Below are positions 1-5,446 of a stretch of 10,622 bases of DNA, piece by piece. The DNA is taken from positions 1-10,622 of the forward strand of contig JBMYOQ010000111.1 of assembly GCA_049599475.1 (NCBI GenBank), written 5' to 3'. This DNA comes from Opitutales bacterium (GTDB lineage: Bacteria; Verrucomicrobiota; Verrucomicrobiia; Opitutales; JABSRG01). Under the pieces are notes generated by a model, which ran no database searches, was not told where the DNA came from, and was given only the letters and a program-made list of their open reading frames with translations. A program made the translations under genes and the position numbers. Positions within the stretch are counted from its first letter, which is position 1. Each line of letters begins with the position of its first letter.

Positions 1-470
1 TCCTCTTCCTTGTCTTCGACGGTGTCGATGTTGTTGATGGCATCGATGAGGGCGGCGAGCTTGCTGCCATCGAGCCCGAGGCGGGAAAAGTAGTTGTCGG
101 GCAAGGCGCCCTTAAGCGAGGCATTGCTCTTCTCGACGTCTGTGAGGGCGGAGTCCATCTTGAGGGCGATGTCGCCCTGCTTGGCATGCTGCTGGATGTA
201 GGACCAGCGAGAGGTTTCCGGCAGGTAGAAGACATTCTGCATGGTGTAGAACTCGACCATGTCGACATAGGCCTCCTTACCCTGCTCCACCAGCTCGGCC
301 CGGCGCTCCTCGAACTTGTCGGAGACAAATTTAAGGAAGATCAGCGAGAGGACAACGTGCTTATACTCGGAGGACTCGACGGAGCCCCGGAGCTTGTTGG
401 CAGTATCCCAAAGGGTTTCTTCAAAGGACTTGGAGGCTTTTTTAGCAGCAGCTTTTTTCTTAGCAGGCAT
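1..470 (-). CDS. hsdM: Type I restriction-modification methyltransferase subunit M, N-terminal part (runs off the left edge)
   Basis: Manual translation from ATG at 470: MPAKKKAAAKKASKSFEETLWDTANKLRGSVESSEYKHVVLSLIFLKFVSDKFEERR...NVFYLPETSRWSYI...LKGALPDNYFSRLGLD. LW..A..LRG, EYKHVVL.LIFLK..SD and F.LP...RW are hallmark HsdM N-terminal motifs. The frame is open to the window edge. Confidence 0.95.
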   Translation of the reverse strand, partial: MPAKKKAAAKKASKSFEETLWDTANKLRGSVESSEYKHVVLSLIFLKFVSDKFEERRAELVEQGKEAYVDMVEFYTMQNVFYLPETSRWSYIQQHAKQGDIALKMDSALTDVEKSNASLKGALPDNYFSRLGLDGSKLAALIDAINNIDTVEDKEE

Positions 471-634
471 GTGGTATCAGGATAAATGGGAACACTTAAA
501 GATGGATGAGTTCTCGAGAAAGGTTTTCCAAGGCAGCATTCGTTGTTTTTGAAAATTTGATTTCGGCAGGTGTCACAATAATCACCTTACATTCTAAACT
601 TTTCCCAATAACCTCACACATAGCTTCTGTCTTT

Positions 635-746
635 TCCATATCCCGTCCAACGTTGGCTTTGCGTGTCGGCTTAGGCAAGCGGGATGTCGTCTAGCGGCTC
701 GGAGCGAGAGCAATCTTTTTGCAGTTTGGGTTTATTAGAAAATCTG
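635..746 (-). repeat. 112-bp direct repeat, copy 1, upstream of hsdM; putative promoter module
   Basis: Ungapped match to 2158-2269 (offset 1523) with 14 mismatches by manual count. The minus strand reads TTGCCT-N17-CAACGT and contains the palindrome CCAACGTTGG (647-656). Confidence 0.9.
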
Positions 747-788
747 TGGAGAGTCTTAGAGATTCCGATCTGTAATCTTTTTCGATAC

Positions 789-1088
789 TCATTCTCCTTC
801 CTTGCTCAGCACTTCCCAGTGACCGCCTTTGGCGCCTTCTTTGCGAAGGAGCTGACCGGATTTTCGTAGGTTTTGAATGTTTCGTTCGATCGAGCGTTCC
901 GTGATGCCAATCATTTCCGCCAGTTCGGTAATTGTGACTTGATTATTTTACAGGATTTACCCCGACGCGGGTAAGGCCATTTGGATAAAATTGTCGGTGA
1001 AGCGATAACTCTTTTGTGGATAGGCCTTGAGAATGCGGGGCATGCGAGGGTCGAGTTTGTCGAGTTGTAATGCGTGTGCCAAGGTCAT
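789..1088 (-). pseudogene. Remnant of the C-terminal part of an ATP-binding/regulatory protein (AlbA_2-HATPase_c_4/RecG-C-like family) with a terminal winged HTH
   Basis: One frame from ATG 1088 (ATGA overlap with the rhuM stop): MTLAHALQLDKLDPRMPRILKAYPQKSYRFTDNFIQMALPASG*IL*NNQVTITELAEMIGITERSIERNIQNLRKSGQLLRKEGAKGGHWEVLSKEGE*. Two in-frame TAA at 957-959 and 948-950. The 'PRILKAY...F.DNF' and 'T..ELAE.IGI.ERSIERNI..L...G.L.R.G.KGGHWEV' segments match my recollection of these proteins' C-termini. Confidence 0.7.
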
Positions 1089-2137
1089 TCACCCTCTTCT
1101 GCCTTGGGCTGTTTCAATGCGCGATCGAAGTCTGATTCGAAAAGGAGGTCCTGCACGATGCGGTATTTTTCGAATTCTGATTCGGCATGCGCTTTAGCGA
1201 TCTCGGCGGTAACTTTTCCTGCGTCTTGGAGAATGTCGCGATCGGTGGCTTCGATGAAGCGGTTGAGGCGGGTTTCCCAGTTCTGCATGGTCATGGGGAT
1301 TTCGCGTTGGGCCATGTCTTCGGCGATATCCAGATAAGCGTTTACGAGGCGGGAGAGCTGGGCCATCTCAAGCTCGGTGAGGTAATTCTTCGCGACACTT
1401 ACGTCAAATTTTTGGATTTTCCCTGCGGGTGCATCCTTCCAAGTATTCAGCCCCATATGCTGCTTTTGAGCATCGGCTCGATCTATGATTAACTCAGCCG
1501 CGGTGTGGCCGTGAATTGCCCAGTGCAGCTTGTTTTGCACGGTAGAGAAGAAGCGTTTTGTCGAGGTGGCGCTGAGATCGTAATCTATCGCTGTAGCGTA
1601 TATGTCCGTGATTTTCTGGTAGAATTTACGCTCGCTCAGGCGGATTTCGCGGACGCGTTGTAGTTGTTCCTCGAAATACTGTTGGCTCAGAACGGTGCCG
1701 CCCTCTTTCAGACGTTCGTCGTCCATCGCGAAGCCCTTGATGGTGAATTCCTTCACTACGCCCGTGGCCCATTTGCGAAATTGCACGGCGCGTTCCGAAT
1801 TCACCTTGTAGCCTACGGCGATAATGGCCGAAAGGTTGTAGTGGTTTGTCTGATAAGTTTTACCGTCGCTGGCAGTTATTCGAAATTTTCGAATAACTGA
1901 ATCCTCAGCCAATTCGTTGTCCGCAAATATGGATTTAAGGTGGTAATTGATGGTGTGGGTTTCCACAGCGTAGAGCACGCCCAGCATCTTTTGAGTCAGC
2001 CAGATGTCTTCATCTGCATAGACGACTTCGACACCGTCCTGCCCGGTGGCCGCGATGAAGGTCAAATACTCCACAGCAGAAGACCGTGTGATTTCCTGCT
2101 TTTTCGGTTTCGCGGATTTCTTTTTCTTAGGAGGCAT
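1085..2137 (-). CDS. rhuM: RhuM-family (virulence RhuM-like) DNA-binding protein, 350 aa
   Basis: Family motifs IWLTQK.L..LY, SVIRKFRITASDGK.Y.T.HYNL.AIIAVGYKVNSERA.QFRKWAT, GFAMDDERLK, IRLSERKFYQKITDIYATAIDY, VQNKLHWAIHGHTAAE, AKNYL. Start placed at ATG 2137 (MPPKKKK), because the upstream 33 codons of the track ORF lie mostly inside the promoter repeat. Confidence 0.92.
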   Translation of the reverse strand: MPPKKKKSAKPKKQEITRSSAVEYLTFIAATGQDGVEVVYADEDIWLTQKMLGVLYAVETHTINYHLKSIFADNELAEDSVIRKFRITASDGKTYQTNHYNLSAIIAVGYKVNSERAVQFRKWATGVVKEFTIKGFAMDDERLKEGGTVLSQQYFEEQLQRVREIRLSERKFYQKITDIYATAIDYDLSATSTKRFFSTVQNKLHWAIHGHTAAELIIDRADAQKQHMGLNTWKDAPAGKIQKFDVSVAKNYLTELEMAQLSRLVNAYLDIAEDMAQREIPMTMQNWETRLNRFIEATDRDILQDAGKVTAEIAKAHAESEFEKYRIVQDLLFESDFDRALKQPKAEEGE

Positions 2138-2157
2138 AGCTTTACTCGGTCTCTTTC

Positions 2158-2269
2158 TCCATATGCCATCCAACGTTGGCTTTGCGTGACCGCTTAGGCA
2201 AGCGGGTTGTCGCCTAATGGCTCGGAACGAGGGCAATCTTTTTGCCGTTTGGGTTTATTGGGAAATTTG
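2158..2269 (-). repeat. 112-bp direct repeat, copy 2, upstream of rhuM; putative promoter module
   Basis: Matches 635-746. TTGCCT-N17-CAACGT and CCAACGTTGG (2170-2179) are fully conserved. Confidence 0.9.
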
Positions 2270-2328
2270 CTGAGGCGATGCCACGCGACGAGTCTTTCTC
2301 TGATTGCGGACTCAAAATTCATTAAATA

Positions 2329-2426
2329 TCCCAAATTTCTTAGTTTTCATGAATTTGGGACTATTATCGTGAAGTGTTGACTAATCTTATTCAATATTCA
2401 CGATTATTGATTAATTATCGTGAATA
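2329..2426. promoter_or_regulatory. AT-rich operator/promoter region upstream of fic
   Basis: ATTATCGTGAA at 2363-2373 and 2414-2424, with an inverted copy at 2397-2407 (1 mismatch). Perfect IR TATTCACGAT-N12-ATCGTGAATA (2395-2426). IR TCCCAAATT-N14-AATTTGGGA (2329-2360). TTGACT at 2377-2382. Confidence 0.6.
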
Positions 2427-2444
2427 ATATGCTATTAGGGACGC

Positions 2445-3317
2445 ATGAGTAACGTATCACAGGTTTATAAAAGGGTTCATGAATTACAGCAGCGTTATCT
2501 GCGTCTTCGGATGGGAAAGGACGCTTTGCTGAAGGTCATTTATGAATCTGAGGTTGCCGAACAGGTGTACAACTCGAATGCCATTGAGAATAGCACTTTG
2601 TCTTTGGAAGAGACCGACAAGATTTTGCGTCAGATTAATCTAGATCGTTTTATTGAGGAACGAGAACTCTTTGAGGCCAAAAACCTAGCGCGTGTTGTGG
2701 AGTATACCGCTGTTAAAGCCTCCCAAGAGGAGCTTAGTCTCGATATGATGTTGCTGTTGCACAAAATGCTTATCAGCAACATCCGGGATGATATAGCAGG
2801 TAGGTTGCGGAATCCCGATGAATGGGTGCGCGTAGGAAGCCATATCGCTGCGGATCCCAAGGATCTGCTAAAATTGATTCAAGATATGTTTGTGACTTAC
2901 CAAGCTAGCACACAGGAAAATATTATTAAGCGTATTGCTCGGTTTCATCTCACTTTTGAGCACATTCACCCCTTTGTAGATGGGAATGGACGCATCGGAC
3001 GTGTTTTAAATAACTACCTATTAATCCGGGAAAACCATGTGCCCATCAATATTAAGTTTATTGATCGGGGCCTCTATTATGATGCTTTTGAAGAGTTTGA
3101 TTCTAAACAGCGCACGACCCTTATGGAAGGGATTGTGGGCAAAGCCTTGTGCAGTTCTTATCACAAGCGCTTGGCTTATCTCGAAGGTAAAACCATTGTC
3201 TCGCTTGCCGAATATGCGAAGCGAGAAGGCGTTTCGCATTCAAATTTGTTGAACAAAGCTAATCGCCAAACCATCGAAGCGTTCTGGGAACGTGGTGTAT
3301 GGAAAATAGGATTCTGA
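2445..3317 (+). CDS. Fic-domain protein (putative AMP transferase), class II, with short C-terminal HTH-like tail
   Basis: Canonical Fic motif HPFVDGNGRIGR. N-terminal inhibitory (S/T)xxxE(G/N) motif SNAIEN. C-terminal SLAEYAKREGVSHSNLLNKA looks like an HTH. Confidence 0.93.
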   Translation: MSNVSQVYKRVHELQQRYLRLRMGKDALLKVIYESEVAEQVYNSNAIENSTLSLEETDKILRQINLDRFIEERELFEAKNLARVVEYTAVKASQEELSLDMMLLLHKMLISNIRDDIAGRLRNPDEWVRVGSHIAADPKDLLKLIQDMFVTYQASTQENIIKRIARFHLTFEHIHPFVDGNGRIGRVLNNYLLIRENHVPINIKFIDRGLYYDAFEEFDSKQRTTLMEGIVGKALCSSYHKRLAYLEGKTIVSLAEYAKREGVSHSNLLNKANRQTIEAFWERGVWKIGF

Positions 3318-3408
3318 GTGAGTGTGAATTGTATTATCTCGCCGGGATTGGTTGGCAGTGCAAATCGCCTTTGGCGCCCCTTCTTCGCTGCGCTTGGGCT
3401 ATAACTAT

Positions 3409-3660
3409 TTAATCATCCATGTTCAGATGCCGGTTCTGAAAACGGCGACCTGATCCAGTCTTCAGATACTTTTCGAAAGCTCTGGCAGACTTTTCACCTG
3501 AAAACGCTGAATACCAAAATAATACCCGAGGGCGGTATTTGTTGGTGTGGACCGAGCGACCCGCATTGTGGTCGGCAAATCGAGCTTTGAGATCGGCAGT
3601 GAATCCCACATAGAACCGCTCTGGGTTATTTTCGGATTTAAGAATATAAACATAAAACAT
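3409..3660 (-). CDS. Small standalone GIY-YIG nuclease (UPF0213/YazA-like), 83 aa
   Basis: MFYVYILKS......FYVGFT.DL..RF..HN.G....T.KYRP....Y..F.....A.AFEKYLK.GSGR. Start placed at ATG 3660, since the extra 27 codons in the track ORF are a hairpin-rich leader. Confidence 0.92.
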   Translation of the reverse strand: MFYVYILKSENNPERFYVGFTADLKARFADHNAGRSVHTNKYRPRVLFWYSAFSGEKSARAFEKYLKTGSGRRFQNRHLNMDD

Positions 3661-3751
3661 GGCTCGAGACCCTGGGTCGTTGAGTTCGCCTCCGAGCCCG
3701 CTCTGCGGCGAAACATCTCGCCACAAATGAGCTTTGCTCATTGGCGGCGGA

Positions 3752-3826
3752 TGGCACTCCCGCCGGGATTCGAACCCAGATTTTCGGCTCCGGAAACCGA
3801 CGCTCTATCCATTGAACTACGGGAGC
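3752..3826 (-). tRNA. tRNA-Arg(CCG), 75 nt, CCA encoded
   Basis: Reverse complement GCTCCCGTAGTTCAATGGATAGAGCGTCGGTTTCCGGAGCCGAAAATCTGGGTTCGAATCCCGGCGGGAGTGCCA. Acceptor GCTCCCG/CGGGAGT, anticodon stem TCGGT/GCCGA with loop TTCCGGA (CCG at 3793-3791), T-loop TTCGAAT. Confidence 0.97.
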
Positions 3827-3843
3827 AGCTCTTAAGGATTTGG

Positions 3844-3872
3844 AGGTTGGCGGAAGTATGGGCGGATATCAA
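3844..3872 (-). promoter_or_regulatory. Putative sigma70-type promoter of tRNA-Arg
   Basis: Minus strand TTGATA (3872-3867)-N17-CAACCT (3849-3844), ending 17 nt before the tRNA 5' end. Same geometry and -10 variant as in the hsdM/rhuM repeat. Confidence 0.5.
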
Positions 3873-3901
3873 GTGCGTTTCGCGTGGGCAGATTTTGCTC
3901 C

Positions 3902-3988
3902 TCGGCTGCCTGGAGGGCGCCCGCCTCGTCGGCCTGCGACCACCCTTCGCTGGGCTCAGGGCGCCTCTTCGCGCTGCGCGCTACGTCT
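3902..3988. repeat. GC-rich palindromic mini-insert (REP-like) inside the partial tRNA copy
   Basis: 87 bp flanked by GCTCC direct repeats (3897-3901, 3989-3993). Contains two GGGCGCC copies able to pair, plus CCCTTCGCTGGGCTCAGGG and CGCG-CTG-CGCG-CTAC. Confidence 0.5.
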
Positions 3989-4065
3989 GCTCCGGAAACC
4001 GACGCTCTATCCATTGAACTACGGGAGCAGCTCTTAAGGATTCGGAGGTTGGCGGAAGTGTGGGC
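3989..4065 (-). pseudogene. Duplicate of tRNA-Arg nt 1-40 plus 37 nt of upstream leader
   Basis: 77-bp direct repeat of 3787-3863 (offset 202), 2 mismatches (4043, 4060), both in the leader. No T-arm or 3' acceptor strand follows. Confidence 0.92.
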
Positions 4066-4178
4066 TACCTTGGCTGAAGCCGAGTGGTGGCTGTAGGGTT
4101 AATGGTGGACCGATTTGCATTAGGTGCGTTTGGTGGTTTTCGCTTGCACCTGTGGGTCTATTCGGCAGCACATGAGGT

Positions 4179-5093
4179 ATGTTACGTTTAGCTATAAGTT
4201 TGTTTTTTGTTTCTATCTGTTCGGTCATTTTGCGGGCTCAAGATGAGCCTTTGGTATTTGATTTCGAGACCATTAAATTCGCCGATGTTTTCACGGATTC
4301 TGGAGCACCCGTTGAATTGTTTTTGGATGTCTATACCCCAGTTACAGAGGCGCCTCCTGGGGGCTTTCCTGTGGTTGTTTGGGTGCATGAAGGTGGGTGG
4401 CAAATCGGTTCCCGGAAGTCCTTGTTTAAGGAGGCCTTGCCTTGGTTAATTCCAGAGGGGATCGCCCTGGTGAGTGTGGACTATCGCCTAGGGCCTCAGT
4501 CGACTTTCCCTAAGCCTCTACATGATGTGAAGGGAGCGGTGCGTTTTCTTCGTGCTGAGATTGCGCGGGGCGGTTTGCCTTTTGATGCGGATAAGGTTTG
4601 CCTTTGGGGCTCGTCTGCGGGTGGGCATTTGAGCTCTTTGGCGGCGGTGACTCAGAACCAGCCTAATTTTGAAGGCAATGTGGGTGGTAACCTCGAATTC
4701 AGCAGCGCCGTGTCCGGGTTTTGTAATTACTATGGCCCGACAAATATCTGGGCAGCTCAGCAGCGACCCGCGGGGACTGAGGTGAATCTGCTGGGCGGCA
4801 CGGTAGCCGAGGAGCCGATCAAAGCTATTTTCGCGAGTCCGGTCTTCTTCGTGGAACCTAATTGCCCCGCTTACTTGGGTGTGTGTGGCTTGCTCGATGA
4901 ATTTGTGCCTGAGGAGCTTTACCAGGAATTTGAACAGAAGTTGATCTCAGTCGGTGTGCAGAGTCCGTATCAGAGTGTCTATATCAATGCCGGGCACGGG
5001 TTTCAGGATAAGGCTTTCAATCCGGAACTGTGGGTCGATGAGGATATGCGGTTGCTGACTGTGGGTTTTTTTAAGAGCGCCTTCAATTTGTAG
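4179..5093 (+). CDS. Secreted alpha/beta hydrolase (HSL/family IV-like esterase)
   Basis: Signal peptide MLRLAISLFFVSICSVILRA-Q. Motifs LDVYTP, PVVVWVHEGGW, VDYRL, nucleophile GSSAGG, Asp in GLLDEFVP, His in GHGF. Confidence 0.9.
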   Translation: MLRLAISLFFVSICSVILRAQDEPLVFDFETIKFADVFTDSGAPVELFLDVYTPVTEAPPGGFPVVVWVHEGGWQIGSRKSLFKEALPWLIPEGIALVSVDYRLGPQSTFPKPLHDVKGAVRFLRAEIARGGLPFDADKVCLWGSSAGGHLSSLAAVTQNQPNFEGNVGGNLEFSSAVSGFCNYYGPTNIWAAQQRPAGTEVNLLGGTVAEEPIKAIFASPVFFVEPNCPAYLGVCGLLDEFVPEELYQEFEQKLISVGVQSPYQSVYINAGHGFQDKAFNPELWVDEDMRLLTVGFFKSAFNL

Positions 5094-5112
5094 GTCCGAC
5101 GTGTAATTCAGA

Positions 5113-5132
5113 GGGCTTTCGAAGCCTATTTT
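5113..5132 (+). terminator. Possible weak intrinsic terminator of the hydrolase gene
   Basis: GGGCTT-TCG-AAGCCT followed by ATTTT, about 20 nt after the stop. Confidence 0.3.
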
Positions 5133-5446
5133 GGGCTCCTCTTATGGGTAGGGTGTTGATTCGTTGATTGGCAAATTTCGTATAGGAATCTCCGATTTTT
5201 GGGGTCTGGAGGGGTGTTGCAGAGTCTTGGGATTGAGTTGGGAAACTTTGGAATATGGGCCAATTTCGCTGATTTTTGCCCTGATTGGCTGTCTAAATGT
5301 TTGAAATGCAAACAAATAATTAGGGAAGCTTTATGAAAATAATCACAAAATTAATATTTCTTATTTGACAGATTGCGTCGATAAGGACGTCATAATGATA
5401 CCGAGCACAGCGGTTTGATATAAATCTACTGACGAAAGACAGCTTT

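Noticed and set aside
186..485. 99-aa plus-strand ORF (and 316..552)
   Set aside because: Antisense shadow of hsdM, which has clear family motifs on the minus strand.
635..746. Repeat as an integron attC site (minus strand has GTTGGAC/GTTGGAT = GTTRRRY)
   Set aside because: No complementary RYYYAAC/L-box pairing found, homology continues past the GTT, and no integron integrase is in the window.
824..836. CGCCTTTGGCGCC also present at 3366-3378
   Set aside because: The first copy encodes GAKG-G of the wHTH remnant. A 13-bp match without extended homology is treated as probable chance.
2138..2236. 33-aa N-terminal extension of RhuM in the ORF track
   Set aside because: Lies mostly within the promoter repeat and starts at TTG of a non-coding module; ATG 2137 is the better start.
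3787..4065. CRISPR array or intron-containing tRNA
   Set aside because: Only two 77-bp copies, both tRNA-derived; no cas genes. The upstream half has no T-arm/acceptor exon of its own and the insert lacks the size of a group I intron.
3547..4228. Several 60-156 aa ORFs with a repeated peptide (APETDALSIELREQLLRI)
   Set aside because: Translations of the tRNA and its partial duplicate, not proteins.
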